The notes: generated by a model not told the origin, from the sequence alone. Counted from the first letter of the stretch, positions 1 to 11,972 are shown. The stretch is 64,000 nucleotides of DNA from Escherichia coli (GCF_003334405.1 NZ_QOWM01000004.1); one strand, 5' to 3'. Numbers and translations: made by a program.

Positions 1-1512
1 TTTGCTCTGACCGCGCTGTATCACTTTTTATTTGTACCCCTTACCCTGGGGCTGATTTTTTTGCTGGCTATTATGGAAACCATTTACGTGGTCACCGGCA
101 AAACAATCTACCGCGATATGACGCGCTTCTGGGGTAAGCTCTTCGGTATCAATTTTGCTCTTGGCGTGGCTACCGGCCTGACCATGGAGTTTCAGTTTGG
201 TACTAACTGGTCATTCTATTCCAACTATGTGGGCGATATTTTTGGCGCACCGCTGGCGATGGAAGCATTAATGGCCTTCTTCCTCGAATCCACCTTTGTC
301 GGGCTGTTCTTCTTCGGCTGGCAACGGCTGAATAAATACCAGCACCTGCTGGTGACGTGGCTGGTGGCGTTCGGTTCAAATCTCTCTGCGTTGTGGATAT
401 TGAATGCCAACGGTTGGATGCAATACCCGACCGGTGCGCATTTTGATATCGACACCCTGCGTATGGAGATGACCAGCTTCAGCGAGCTGGTCTTTAATCC
501 GGTCAGCCAGGTGAAATTTGTGCACACCGTAATGGCGGGCTACGTGACCGGGGCCATGTTTATTATGGCGATCAGCGCCTGGTATTTACTGCGCGGACGG
601 GAGCGCGATGTCGCATTACGCTCGTTTGCCATCGGTTCCGTCTTCGGTACTCTGGCGATTATCGGTACCCTGCAACTCGGAGACAGTTCTGCGTATGAAG
701 TCGCGCAAGTACAACCGGTAAAACTGGCGGCGATGGAAGGGGAGTGGCAAACGGAACCTGCACCTGCACCGTTCCATGTGGTTGCCTGGCCGGAACAGGA
801 TCAAGAGCGTAACGCCTTTGCCCTCAAAATTCCCGCGCTGCTAGGGATCCTCGCCACTCACTCATTAGATAAACCCGTGCCGGGTCTGAAGAATTTGATG
901 GCTGAAACCTACCCACGCTTGCAACGCGGACGTATGGCCTGGCTGTTAATGCAGGAAATATCGCAAGGCAATCGTGAGCCGCATGTGTTGCAGGCATTCC
1001 GGGGACTGGAAGGTGACCTGGGCTACGGCATGTTGCTCTCCCGCTATGCGCCGGATATGAATCATGTCACAGCCGCACAGTACCAGGCGGCGATGCGTGG
1101 CGCGATACCTCAGGTTGCGCCGGTATTCTGGAGTTTCCGCATCATGGTGGGCTGTGGTTCCCTGCTGCTACTGGTGATGCTGATTGCGCTTGTCCAGACG
1201 CTGCGTGGCAAAATCGACCAGCATCGCTGGGTGCTGAAAATGGCGCTCTGGAGTTTGCCGTTGCCGTGGATTGCGATTGAAGCCGGGTGGTTTATGACCG
1301 AGTTTGGTCGTCAGCCGTGGGCGATACAGGACATCTTACCGACATACTCCGCGCACTCCGCTTTAACCACAGGACAACTGGCTTTCTCACTGATCATGAT
1401 CGTAGGGCTTTACACCCTGTTCTTAATCGCCGAAGTCTACCTGATGCAGAAATATGCCCGTCTGGGGCCGAGCGCGATGCAGAGTGAACAACCGACGCAG
1501 CAACAGGGGTAA
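1..1512 (+). CDS. appC: Cytochrome bd-II ubiquinol oxidase subunit I, 5'-truncated by the window edge
   Basis: Frame 1 is open from position 1 ([34 protein letters not shown]...) and matches the AppC/CydA-family N-terminal region; stop TAA at 1510-1512; track ORF 61..1512 is the same frame. Confidence 0.93.
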
Positions 1513-1523
1513 AGGAGAAAATC

Positions 1524-2660
1524 ATGTTTGATTATGAAACATTGCGCTTCATCTGGTGGCTGCTGATTGGCGTGATCCTGGTGGTCTTTATGATCTCCGA
1601 CGGATTTGACATGGGGATCGGCTGTCTGCTGCCGCTGGTGGCGCGTAATGATGATGAACGCCGGATAGTGATAAACAGCGTTGGTGCACACTGGGAAGGC
1701 AACCAGGTCTGGTTGATCCTCGCTGGTGGGGCATTATTTGCCGCCTGGCCCAGAGTGTATGCAGCGGCGTTTTCCGGCTTTTATGTGGCGATGATCCTGG
1801 TGCTGTGCTCACTGTTCTTCCGCCCGCTGGCCTTTGATTATCGCGGAAAAATCGCCGATGCACGCTGGCGTAAAATGTGGGACGCCGGTCTGGTCATCGG
1901 CAGTCTGGTGCCGCCGGTAGTCTTCGGTATCGCCTTCGGCAACTTGTTGCTCGGCGTGCCGTTTGCCTTCACACCGCAATTACGCGTGGAGTATCTCGGC
2001 AGCTTCTGGCAACTGCTGACGCCATTCCCTTTATTGTGCGGATTGCTCAGCCTTGGGATGGTGATTTTGCAAGGTGGCGTCTGGTTACAACTGAAAACTG
2101 TTGGTGTGATTCATCTGCGTTCACAGCTGGCGACCAAACGCGCTGCACTGTTGGTGATGCTGTGCTTTTTGCTGGCGGGTTACTGGCTGTGGGTCGGTAT
2201 TGATGGCTTTGTACTGCTCGCCCAGGATGCTAACGGTCCTTCCAATCCGTTAATGAAACTGGTGGCAGTGCTACCTGGTGCCTGGATGAATAATTTTGTC
2301 GAGTCGCCCGTTTTGTGGATCTTCCCGCTGCTGGGATTCTTCTGCCCATTGCTGACGGTGATGGCGATTTATCGTGGTCGCCCGGGTTGGGGATTTTTGA
2401 TGGCATCATTGATGCAATTTGGCGTGATTTTCACGGCAGGCATCACGCTGTTCCCCTTTGTCATGCCGTCAAGCGTGAGTCCGATCTCCAGCCTGACGTT
2501 GTGGGACAGTACTTCCAGTCAGCTGACGCTGAGCATTATGTTGGTAATCGTGCTGATATTTTTGCCCATTGTGTTGCTCTACACTCTCTGGAGCTACTAC
2601 AAAATGTGGGGGCGCATGACAACAGAAACTCTCCGCCGTAACGAAAACGAGTTGTACTAA
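1524..2660 (+). CDS. appB: Cytochrome bd-II ubiquinol oxidase subunit II
   Basis: Track ORF of 378 aa ([17 protein letters not shown]...), 11 nt after appC stop; polytopic membrane protein, length matches AppB. Confidence 0.95.
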
Positions 2661-2672
2661 GGAGCAGAAACA

Positions 2673-2765
2673 ATGTGGTATTTACTTTGGTTCGTCGGCA
2701 TTTTGTTGATGTGTTCGCTCTCCACCCTTGTGTTGGTATGGCTGGACCCGCGTCTGAAAAGTTAA
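2673..2765 (+). CDS. appX: Small membrane subunit of cytochrome bd-II oxidase (30 aa)
   Basis: ATG at 2673 preceded by GGAG; encodes MWYLLWFVGILLMCSLSTLVLVWLDPRLKS, stop TAA 2763-2765; below the ORF-track size cutoff. Confidence 0.8.
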   Translation: MWYLLWFVGILLMCSLSTLVLVWLDPRLKS

Positions 2766-2770
2766 CGAAC

Positions 2771-2806
2771 GTAGGCCTGATGCGGCGCATTAGCATCGCA
2801 TCAGGC
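2771..2806. repeat. REP-like palindrome (gcctgatgcg...cgcatcaggc), probable transcript-end structure after appCBX
   Basis: Inverted repeat read directly; resembles the REP family seen elsewhere in the window. Confidence 0.5.
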
Positions 2807-2844
2807 AATCAATAATGTCAGATATGAAAAGCGGAAACATATCG

Positions 2845-4143
2845 ATGAAAGCGATCTTAATCCCATTTTTATCTCTTCTGATTCCGTTAACCCCGCAATC
2901 TGCATTCGCTCAGAGTGAGCCGGAGCTGAAGCTGGAAAGTGTGGTGATTGTCAGTCGTCATGGTGTGCGTGCTCCAACCAAGGCCACGCAACTGATGCAG
3001 GATGTCACCCCAGACGCATGGCCAACCTGGCCGGTAAAACTGGGTTGGCTGACACCGCGCGGTGGTGAGCTAATCGCCTATCTCGGACATTACCAACGCC
3101 AGCGTCTGGTAGCCGACGGATTGCTGGCGAAAAAGGGCTGCCCGCAGTCTGGTCAGGTCGCGATTATTGCTGATGTCGACGAGCGTACCCGTAAAACAGG
3201 CGAAGCCTTCGCCGCCGGGCTGGCACCTGACTGTGCAATAACCGTACATACCCAGGCAGATACGTCCAGTCCCGATCCGTTATTTAATCCTCTAAAAACT
3301 GGCGTTTGCCAACTGGATAACGCGAACGTGACTGACGCGATCCTCAGCAGGGCAGGAGGGTCAATTGCTGACTTTACCGGGCATCGGCAAACGGCGTTTC
3401 GCGAACTGGAACGGGTGCTTAATTTTCCGCAATCAAACTTGTGCCTTAAACGTGAGAAACAGGACGAAAGCTGTTCATTAACGCAGGCATTACCATCGGA
3501 ACTCAAGGTGAGCGCCGACAATGTCTCATTAACCGGTGCGGTAAGCCTCGCATCAATGCTGACGGAGATATTTCTCCTGCAACAAGCACAGGGAATGCCG
3601 GAGCCGGGGTGGGGAAGGATCACCGATTCACACCAGTGGAACACCTTGCTAAGTTTGCATAACGCGCAATTTTATTTGCTACAACGCACGCCAGAGGTTG
3701 CCCGCAGCCGCGCCACCCCGTTATTAGATTTGATCAAGACAGCGTTGACGCCCCATCCACCGCAAAAACAGGCGTATGGTGTGACATTACCCACTTCAGT
3801 GCTGTTTATCGCCGGACACGATACTAATCTGGCAAATCTCGGCGGCGCACTGGAGCTCAACTGGACGCTTCCCGGTCAGCCGGATAACACGCCGCCAGGT
3901 GGTGAACTGGTGTTTGAACGCTGGCGTCGGCTAAGCGATAACAGCCAGTGGATTCAGGTTTCGCTGGTCTTCCAGACTTTACAGCAGATGCGTGATAAAA
4001 CGCCGCTGTCATTAAATACGCCGCCCGGAGAGGTGAAACTGACCCTGGCAGGATGTGAAGAGCGAAATGCGCAGGGCATGTGTTCGTTGGCAGGTTTTAC
4101 GCAAATCGTGAATGAAGCACGCATACCGGCGTGCAGTTTGTAA
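2845..4143 (+). CDS. appA: Periplasmic pH 2.5 acid phosphatase / phytase (histidine acid phosphatase)
   Basis: Track ORF 2815..4143; start moved to internal ATG giving MKAILIPFLSLLIPLTPQSAFA signal peptide and 432 aa; RHGVRAP histidine-phosphatase motif present. Confidence 0.92.
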   Translation: MKAILIPFLSLLIPLTPQSAFAQSEPELKLESVVIVSRHGVRAPTKATQLMQDVTPDAWPTWPVKLGWLTPRGGELIAYLGHYQRQRLVADGLLAKKGCPQSGQVAIIADVDERTRKTGEAFAAGLAPDCAITVHTQADTSSPDPLFNPLKTGVCQLDNANVTDAILSRAGGSIADFTGHRQTAFRELERVLNFPQSNLCLKREKQDESCSLTQALPSELKVSADNVSLTGAVSLASMLTEIFLLQQAQGMPEPGWGRITDSHQWNTLLSLHNAQFYLLQRTPEVARSRATPLLDLIKTALTPHPPQKQAYGVTLPTSVLFIAGHDTNLANLGGALELNWTLPGQPDNTPPGGELVFERWRRLSDNSQWIQVSLVFQTLQQMRDKTPLSLNTPPGEVKLTLAGCEERNAQGMCSLAGFTQIVNEARIPACSL

Positions 4144-4153
4144 TGCATAAAAA

Positions 4154-4179
4154 AGAGCATTCAGTTACCTGAATGCTCT
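4154..4179. terminator. Hairpin between convergent appA and etk (agagcattcag-ttac-ctgaatgctct); A-run upstream on plus strand gives a U-run on the minus strand
   Basis: Perfect 11-bp inverted repeat read from sequence; aaaaa at 4150-4154. Confidence 0.6.
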
Positions 4180-4210
4180 GAGGCTGATGACAAACGAAGA
4201 ACTGTCTAAT

Positions 4211-4247
4211 GCGTAGACCGGAAAAGGCGTTCACGCCGCATCCGGCC
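4211..4247. repeat. REP element (gcgtagaccggaaaaggcgttcacgccgcatccggcc)
   Basis: Matches the enterobacterial REP consensus pattern (gccggatgcggcgtgaacgcc in reverse orientation). Confidence 0.6.
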
Positions 4248-4257
4248 ACTTTCAGTT

Positions 4258-6438
4258 TTACTCTTTCTCGGAGTAACTATAACCGTAATAGTTATAGCCG
4301 TAACTGTAAGCGGTGCTGGCGCGTTTAATCACACCATTGAGGATAGCGCCTTTAATATTGACGCCTGCCTGTTCCAGACGCTGCATTGACAAACTCACCT
4401 CTTTGGCGGTGTTCAAGCCAAAACGCGCAACCAGCAGGCTGGTGCCAACAGAACGCCCCACGACCGCGGCATCACTCACCGCCAGCATCGGCGGCGTATC
4501 GACAATCACCAGATCGTAATGGTCGTTCGCCCATTCCAGTAATTGACGCATCCGATCGCGCATCAGCAGTTCAGACGGGTTAGGTGGCACCTGACCGCGA
4601 GTAATCACATCAAAGCCTCCTTTGCCAAAATGCTGGATCACTTTGTTGAGCTCATCTTTACCTGCCAGATATTCCGACAAGCCATGTTCATTACTCACGG
4701 TAAACAGGTTATGCGAATAACCACGGCGTAAGTCGGCATCAATAAATAACACTTTTTGATCGGACTGGGCGATCACCGCTGCCAGAGTTGAACTGACAAA
4801 CGTTTTACCACTGTCTGGCGTCGCACCGGTGATCATTAGAATGTTATTCTCCGTCTCCATCATAGCGAAATGCAGACTGGTTCGTAGCGCACGTACGGCT
4901 TCCACAGCAGAATCCGCCGGGTTATCCACCGCCAGGAAGGGGATATTTTTAGTACGATGGCGCTGCTGATTAGAAAATAAATTTTTCTTACGCAGACGGG
5001 TGCGTTTATCCAGCCACTCGGACATTGGGATAGTGGCATAAACGCTGATGCCGTGCTCTTCCAGTTGTTCCGGGGCTTCTACACCACGACGCAACATCGC
5101 ACGCGCCAGCACGGCACCCACAGAAATAAACAGGCCAAGAATAAAACCAAGCACCACGTTCAACGCTTTTTTCGGTTTCACTGGCTGCGGCTGAGTGACT
5201 GCCGGGTCGATAATCCGCACGTTACCAATGGCACTGGATTTCGAAATACTCAACTCCTGCTGGCGGTTAAGTAATTGCAGATATACCGCACGGCCCGCTT
5301 CTACGTCACGACTTAAACGCAACACTTCCTGTTGGGTGGAAGGCATTGCCGATACCCGCTTATTCAGGCGTTTGCGTTCTTGCTCCAGCGTCTGGCGTTT
5401 TTCCAGCAGCGCACGATAAGTTGGGTGATCTTTCTTATACAGCTGGGAGATCTCTGCCTCGCGGAAGGTCAGCTCATTGAGTTGATTATCAACGTTCACA
5501 ATCTGCTCAAGAACGGCTTTGGCTTCCAGGTTAAGGTCAACCGAATCGCGCTGCTGGCGATAAACGTTGAGTTTTTCTTCCGCTTGGTCCAGCTCGCTGC
5601 GCACTTCAGGTAACTGGCGCTGTAAGAATTCAAGGCTTTGTGAATCCTGCGCCGCCTGGCGAGCGATATTCTGTTGCAAATAGTTGTTAGCGATGCTGTT
5701 CAGAATACGAGTAATCAACTGGGGATCATCACCAGTCATGGTAAGTTCCAGCATCCCGCTTTCTTTACTGCGTTCGCTAACGGTAAAGGTTTCCTGCAAT
5801 GCGTTAATCGCTTCCAGTTCGGTACGCTGGCTCAGGACAAACTGTGTTCCTGGTTTGGCCTTAATGTCCGCGATAGTCAGCGCAACGCCATCTTTTTCCA
5901 GACGCTGGCCGACCATACCATTGACGGTGAACTCTTCACCTTCCAGTGTATAGTGGCCGTTTTCCCCAACCGTGAGTGTCAGTTGCTGATCCTGACCATT
6001 CAGTTGTGGAATATGCATCCAGCTGATCGCCAGCTCACCTGGTTTTTCTTTGGTTAATCTCGCCCAGCCGCGACCCACAATCGGAAAATACTTCTGCTCA
6101 ACTATGTCGCGCAGATTCAGTTCAGCAATGGTTTTACCGAGAATCATGCGCGATTGCAGCAGTTGGATCTCCGGTGCAGACTCGGGCGATGAGTTAGGGA
6201 TCATATCGCTCAGGCCGCTGAGAATGGCGTTGCCCTGTTTTTGCTCAACCTGGACCAGAGTATCTGCCTGATAAATTGGTGTGCTTAACAGCGAGTAAGC
6301 GACAGCGATCAGCGTGAATAACGCGGTCACGCTGATAATAAACTTACGGTGATCCCATAACTCGCCGACCAGACGAAGCAGATCGATCTCATTTTCCTGA
6401 GTGCTGCCTGGTGGCGTATTCATATTTTTAGTTGTCAT
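4258..6438 (-). CDS. etk: Tyrosine-protein kinase (BY-kinase, Wzc paralogue)
   Basis: Track ORF of 726 aa, MTTKNMNTPPGSTQENEIDLLRL...; C-terminal Tyr-rich tail YSYGYNYYGYSYSEKE; Walker A GKT present. Confidence 0.95.
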   Translation of the reverse strand: MTTKNMNTPPGSTQENEIDLLRLVGELWDHRKFIISVTALFTLIAVAYSLLSTPIYQADTLVQVEQKQGNAILSGLSDMIPNSSPESAPEIQLLQSRMILGKTIAELNLRDIVEQKYFPIVGRGWARLTKEKPGELAISWMHIPQLNGQDQQLTLTVGENGHYTLEGEEFTVNGMVGQRLEKDGVALTIADIKAKPGTQFVLSQRTELEAINALQETFTVSERSKESGMLELTMTGDDPQLITRILNSIANNYLQQNIARQAAQDSQSLEFLQRQLPEVRSELDQAEEKLNVYRQQRDSVDLNLEAKAVLEQIVNVDNQLNELTFREAEISQLYKKDHPTYRALLEKRQTLEQERKRLNKRVSAMPSTQQEVLRLSRDVEAGRAVYLQLLNRQQELSISKSSAIGNVRIIDPAVTQPQPVKPKKALNVVLGFILGLFISVGAVLARAMLRRGVEAPEQLEEHGISVYATIPMSEWLDKRTRLRKKNLFSNQQRHRTKNIPFLAVDNPADSAVEAVRALRTSLHFAMMETENNILMITGATPDSGKTFVSSTLAAVIAQSDQKVLFIDADLRRGYSHNLFTVSNEHGLSEYLAGKDELNKVIQHFGKGGFDVITRGQVPPNPSELLMRDRMRQLLEWANDHYDLVIVDTPPMLAVSDAAVVGRSVGTSLLVARFGLNTAKEVSLSMQRLEQAGVNIKGAILNGVIKRASTAYSYGYNYYGYSYSEKE

Positions 6439-6457
6439 CGTATTTTATAAACTCAAA

Positions 6458-6904
6458 TTACCGGCTGAGGCGCTTCGCCCATTCCTGACTGGCGCGCTCC
6501 AACATACCGTAGACATGTTCAAATGCGTCCTGACTTTTACGATAGGGATCCGGGATCTCTTTCTGTTCCAGCCATTGCCCAAACAGCATTGTCTTCCCGC
6601 GGACCTCGGGAGCAATTGCGGTAACCTGAGCAATATGTTCCGACTCCATTGCCAGAATCAGATCGTAATTTCGTGCCATCTCAGCAGTGAGCTTACGTCC
6701 GGCATGTCCTTCAAGAGATACGCCATGATTAGCGGCAACATCTGCCGCTGTCGCATCTGCAGGGTGTTTTACCAGACCATGAACACCTGCCGATTTGACT
6801 TTTACGCCCGGCAGACGTTTACGCAGCAAGCGCTCGCCAATGGGCGAACGGCAAATGTTGCCGGTACAAACCACCAGGATTGAGTTAAATTTTAGTTGGG
6901 CCAT
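6458..6904 (-). CDS. etp: Low-molecular-weight protein-tyrosine phosphatase
   Basis: Track ORF 6458..6916 starts at GTG; internal ATG at 6904 gives 148 aa [21 protein letters not shown] with CX5R P-loop. Confidence 0.9.
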
Positions 6905-8031
6905 GTTTGAATCCACCGTGAAGTCTCTGTCAGGTCATGCACCCCGGAAATCGTCGGTACCAGCAGAGAAATCACACGGTTCCAACGAGCCAGCGGCGCG
7001 GTAGTGACATAAACAATGTCGTAAGGTTCAAGCTGGAATTCCGTTCCGAGTATCATTGCCGATGCGTCCTTCGCATTCAGCTGATAAATATTGGCGATTT
7101 TGCCATTCTGCTTGTTTTGCGTTGCACGAATAACAAAAATCCCCGTCGCATCAGCGACATCCTGATTCATACCCTCAGCGTTACCCAGCGCTTCCGCCAG
7201 GGTCATACCGCTGCGGTCCATTTTCAGCGTGCTCTGTTTACCCACTTCACCCATCACGAAGACTTTCAGATCATCGTTGCGCGGAATAAATAAAATATCG
7301 CCCGGGTGCAGCAGTTTGTTCTGGCGCAAGTCGCCACGCTGCATCAGCGCATAGAGGTTCACTTTGGTCTTTACGCCATTCTGGGTGAGCACCACGTTGC
7401 GCCAGTCTGCATCTGCGGTCAGACCGCCCGCGGCGTTAATCGCATCCATGATGGTCAGAGGAATATTGGTAATCGGCTGCTGACCCGATTTGCTGACTTC
7501 GCCGGTGACGTACGCTTTTTGCGATCGGAACGCCGCGACGCTGACATCGACTTGCGGGCTTTCAATGACTGAATCGAGACGCGCTGTAATCTCGTTGCGT
7601 ACCTGGGTAAGTGTTTTCCCGGCCACTTTCAGGCGACCAATATAGGGGTAGAAAATCGCACCATCGGCGTTAACCCAGTTGCCGGTATCACTGGCGCTAC
7701 GGTATTGCCCTGCGGGGGTGGTTAGTTCCGGGTGATCCCAGACCGTAACCATCAACACATCACCAATCCCGATACGATATTCATAGTTTGCGATTTGCTG
7801 CTCCAGCTCCGGGTTAGCCTGCGACATAATCGGTTTGGCGCGCAACTGATCAATCAATCCTGGCGTGACGGGATAGATATTGACCATTTTGTCCAGGTCA
7901 TACTGATTGTCAGGTAGTTCAATGACATCCTTGTTACTGGTCGATAAATTCTGACCAGGAACAAGGGTACATGCTGTCAAAGACAGAACAGCCAATGTCA
8001 GTACCGAAAACTTAAAAATGTTCTTTTTCAT
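6892..8031 (-). CDS. gfcE: Outer-membrane polysaccharide export lipoprotein (Wza paralogue)
   Basis: Track ORF 6892..8052 starts at TTG; ATG at 8031 gives 379 aa [21 protein letters not shown] lipoprotein signal; overlaps etp start by 13 nt. Confidence 0.9.
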
Positions 8032-8076
8032 TGGTTTATATTTATCAGTCAATGTAATGTTATGAATTACGTCAGG

Positions 8077-10173
8077 TTATTGTCCAACCGGTACTTCTCG
8101 CTCTGCCGTCATTGGATAGAGCTGGTATTTGCGTGACAGCATTTGTCCACCATCACGCGTCAATGGTGTCCACGAAACCACCGCGCGGTTGCGGTTAGGT
8201 CCAATGGTCATCAAGTCGAATGGAATCGAGATATAAAAACCTTTACTAAAGCCGCCTTCGCCGTAGTCATCTTTAGATACGTTACTGATTGCCGCCCATA
8301 CCCCTACCGCCACGCCGCTGTCAAAGCGTTTGGCGACGTCGATCGTTGCGCCTTTATCTTTTGCCAGATATTGCCCAACGCTAAGTTTCATCAGTACGCC
8401 ATTGAGCGTCGGCGGGTTCCAGTAAGCCGTCACGAAACCTGTTGGCGTGGAATAATCGGTGAAACGCATCATGTTGTCCCAGTCACGTTGCTTCACGTAG
8501 TTAACGTCCACACCCAGCGCCCAGCAGGCATCTAGCGGGCGATAAAGCAGCTCGGAACCGACACCGGCGTACATCGTTTCCAGATAACCGCCATACACCT
8601 GGCCATAGAAACCATTGCCTAAGTCAGCAAAATAGTTCGCCTGCAAGTTGTTGAGATAAACGTCATTGCGAACGTAGTCACGGATATGCGTGCGCACGCG
8701 GGGCAGGGTAGAGTCCGCGGGCAACAGCGAAGACTTAAACTTGTCGTAGTTGTTGTAAATATTGGTGAAAATACCGCCATCAAGCAGCAGGTGGTCGGTA
8801 AACCAGTAGCGGGCACTGGACATCAGCCCCAGCTGGAACATATAGAAATCTTCCGGGCCGCCCAGCGACTGTGAAAGTGTTGGGTTGAAAGAGTAGCTAA
8901 AGCGATCTTCACGAATACGGTAGCCCCGACCAAAGGCAGAAAGATCTTCAGCTTCAACACGTTGTTGTTGCAGTGGCTCTGATTGACCAGGCGCTGTACC
9001 TGCCAGCTGTTTGCGCAGGCTGGCTACGTCGGTTTCGGTAGTCACCATCGCCATATGCTCGCGCTTTTGCGTCACGCTAATCTTCTCAACGCCTTGCGGC
9101 AGGTTATTCACCAGAATCCGGTTGGCACGATCGACCGCTTCACGAGAGTCACGGTATTTGTATTGCTGACCAGACATATACAGTGTCTTATCGCGTAGCT
9201 GAATTTCTGGCGCGTCAAAGCCCGCGTTATACTTCAGGGCGGTAAGTTGGTTTGCTACCGTGGTGTACTGCAATCCTTCAGATTCAGGCGCAGGTTGATA
9301 TGCCGGTTTTGGCGTATCGCGCAGGGCAGGGCGCAGATCGTTGAAATTGGTCCGTAACGTGAAGCCAAACATCAACGTGTTACCGCGTTCATAACTCAGG
9401 TTGAGATCTGCCCAGCTGGCAGCGCGATAAACTGCGCCGACGTTGAAATGGCTTGCCTGAGGCAGTTTGCCAGCGAAATCATTCTGGTAATTGTTTCCAT
9501 CGTATTCGAGTTTCAGACGCAGGGGATTCCACGGCGTTTGATACTCAATGCCGCCAAAGATGGAAGCCGGGCCACGAAAGATATCGCTAAAGCTGATATC
9601 GCCCGCATCGTGAGACTCTGCGCGATGACAATATTTATCGCTCACCCGGCAAAACGGGTTGGTAATATTGCCCGCATTACCGGCGTAGCCCCATGCCATC
9701 CCGAGGGTGAAATCAAATGGCCCCGCTTGCTTGCTGGCCACCAGATACTCACCGTCAAACAGACCCGTACCAGCAATATCACGTTTACCAAACGCCACTT
9801 GCGGTAGCCAGTAACCTTCTTCCCACAGGCGAAGTTTAAAATCGAATGATTTGTCTTTGTATGACTGATCGCCGCTGAAATCTTCCCACTGGCTATATTT
9901 GCGTGTGCGCACATCCGTATAACGAATGGTGCCTTCCAGCCATGGGAACAGCGCCACGGAGGTGGAGTAGAACCGGTATTGATCGTTATCCCGGTAGTTG
10001 ACGCTGAATTCACCTTCCGGTGCGATGCGCGCATTTGGCATCTGCAACAATCCTGTGCCGCCAAAGTCTGATTGCGACGAACCCAGCGGATCCGGGTAGG
10101 TTAATACTTCAGCATGACAGGCACTGGAGACGGCAATGGCCAGGCAGCTTAAAAGATAAGAATTCTTCTTCAT
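8077..10173 (-). CDS. gfcD: Outer-membrane beta-barrel protein of the group-4 capsule operon
   Basis: Track ORF of 698 aa, [22 protein letters not shown] signal peptide; length matches GfcD. Confidence 0.93.
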
Positions 10174-10919
10174 CAGTCAGGAACACGTTGCGTTAAAACA
10201 GACACAATCTGGTCATTTAAATCAGCATATTTTTCGGGCAGTACATGCGCAGAAAAGCCCAACCAAAGCTGGCTGCCAGGCGGTGGTTCCACATGTCTTT
10301 TATTCCACAGGGCAACAGGGGCGACGACAGTCTCACCCTCAGGCGTAATCACCATAACGTTATTCTTGTCCGCGCCTGCAAGGCGGGGGTGATCTTGCAG
10401 ATAATCGGTAACGCTACGGCCTGCCTGCCAGGGCAATTGCCCGGCCCCAGAAACCGCACCCAGCAGAGTAATAGTCACCGGACGCTGTACGGTATAGAGC
10501 GTATAGTCCCCGACCAACGGGGGATTGCTGTTCTCATCCACTCGTACAAAATCAGGGTCCAGTTTGACCGGTAAGCGACCAGTGATATTGAGATTGAGTA
10601 ACTGCTGGCGCACGGATTTAATCGTTGCCGCCACATCGTCGTCAGCTTCTGCTTCCCAGGAAGCAAGCTGTGCCATGACATGTTGGTAGTCTTTAAGCGC
10701 TTTAGCTTTCGCCGCAGAGTCGGTCAGCAAGGCACCAGGCCACCAGAGGCGATCGCGCAGTTGCGGTTGTGTCACCAACTGGACAACATTTTCCACGGGG
10801 CCAACGGAAAGTGTCTGTTGTTCGCCAGGCAGATAAATAGTCACCGTTCCTTGCGCAAAGGCATGGGGTGTCATTACGTAAAGTACGCTGGCAATGAAAT
10901 ACGACTGTAATTTATTCAT
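10173..10919 (-). CDS. gfcC: Periplasmic group-4 capsule operon protein
   Basis: Track ORF of 248 aa with signal peptide; stop overlaps gfcD start by 1 nt. Confidence 0.92.
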
Positions 10920-11560
10920 GGTGCGGGTTTAAGAAACGTCATTTCTACGGGAATAACCCCTGCGCCTAACATTTGCCGACTTTGACGAACCTGGCCAGTA
11001 GCCGAATCGACCCAGAATGTGTTTTGCCACTGTTTTTCTGGCCGCGTGGAAGTCACCTCTTCCTGCCAGACATTACACAGCACATTGCGACCCGCAATAT
11101 TCAGCGTCTCTAATCCAGCAAAGGAAAAAGTAGAACTCAGGGTCGCAGAGCGAAAATGGTTGTCTTCACTCCAGAGAATATCGCGCGTCCAGCGGCTGCC
11201 ATCTTTTATTGCCAGCGCGTTACGCAGAGGGTCCTGCCCGGAATTTGTCACTTCCAGCAGATTATTATTAAGTTTGACGGTTTTTAAAAGACGTCCATTG
11301 TGGGTAACCAGCATGGCGTTATCCTGGGATAACCATTTGCTTTGTTCTTGTTCTATATATCCCAGTACCACAAAGATTCGTTGCCCTTCATTAAGGCGTA
11401 AATACATAGTGGAATAAGGCAACGCCTGGATCTGCTGATCCGCTACGGTGATATCCTGATTATCGAAAAGGCTGGCGCGAAATGTATCGACCATACTTTG
11501 CTGGCTGTGCGTACATCCCGCAAGAAATAGTGCGAAAATCGATAAAATAAGAGGGCGCAC
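10916..11560 (-). CDS. gfcB: Lipoprotein of the group-4 capsule operon
   Basis: Track ORF of 214 aa, GTG start at 11558-11560, LAGC lipobox; 4-nt overlap with gfcC start. Confidence 0.9.
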   Translation of the reverse strand: MRPLILSIFALFLAGCTHSQQSMVDTFRASLFDNQDITVADQQIQALPYSTMYLRLNEGQRIFVVLGYIEQEQSKWLSQDNAMLVTHNGRLLKTVKLNNNLLEVTNSGQDPLRNALAIKDGSRWTRDILWSEDNHFRSATLSSTFSFAGLETLNIAGRNVLCNVWQEEVTSTRPEKQWQNTFWVDSATGQVRQSRQMLGAGVIPVEMTFLKPAP

Positions 11561-11666
11561 CTTTAATCCTTGAAAGGTTAATTAAAAAAATGCAAATCTC
11601 TAAAGCCCGGTACGAATATCGCAACCGGGTATCATTTAACTTTAATTTCGACGCGTTAAAGCGGTA

Positions 11667-11972
11667 TTAGCGTGTAGTGGACGTGGTGGTTGAGGTGTTA
11701 TGAGAACCGCCATCGCCACTGTCATTTGCTGCAACAACTGCCAACGTCGCCACACCAACAGCCGTTGCCACACCGACAACTGTCGCCGTGCCGACAGCGC
11801 CAGCAGCCACGCCACCAGTGGTAGTAGCAGTCGTGGTTGCGCCGGTAGTGGTCGTTGTGGTGCCAGTAGTACCCGTCGTTGCCTCGGTCCCGTTTGTTGC
11901 TTCAGGGGCAGCAAACGCAGCTGGCGTCGTCAACATGAAGGCCATAAGGATTGCAGAAAGCTTGTGTTTCAT
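11667..11972 (-). CDS. gfcA: Thr/Gly/Ala-rich secreted protein, first gene of the gfc operon
   Basis: Track ORF 11667..11990; ATG at 11972 gives 101 aa MKHKLSAILMAFMLTTPAAFA signal peptide followed by a low-complexity T/G/A region. Confidence 0.85.
   Translation of the reverse strand: MKHKLSAILMAFMLTTPAAFAAPEATNGTEATTGTTGTTTTTTGATTTATTTGGVAAGAVGTATVVGVATAVGVATLAVVAANDSGDGGSHNTSTTTSTTR

Noticed and set aside
2815-2844. Upstream extensions in the ORF track (appA from 2815, etp to 6916, gfcE to 8052, torC from 19487, rutG to 31404, rutF to 31886, putA to 40399, dgcT from 54256, ghrA from 59118, ycdZ from 61519 and others)
   Set aside because: The track takes the longest frame including GTG/TTG starts. 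The internal ATG with a Shine-Dalgarno that yields the canonical N-terminus and known protein length was preferred.
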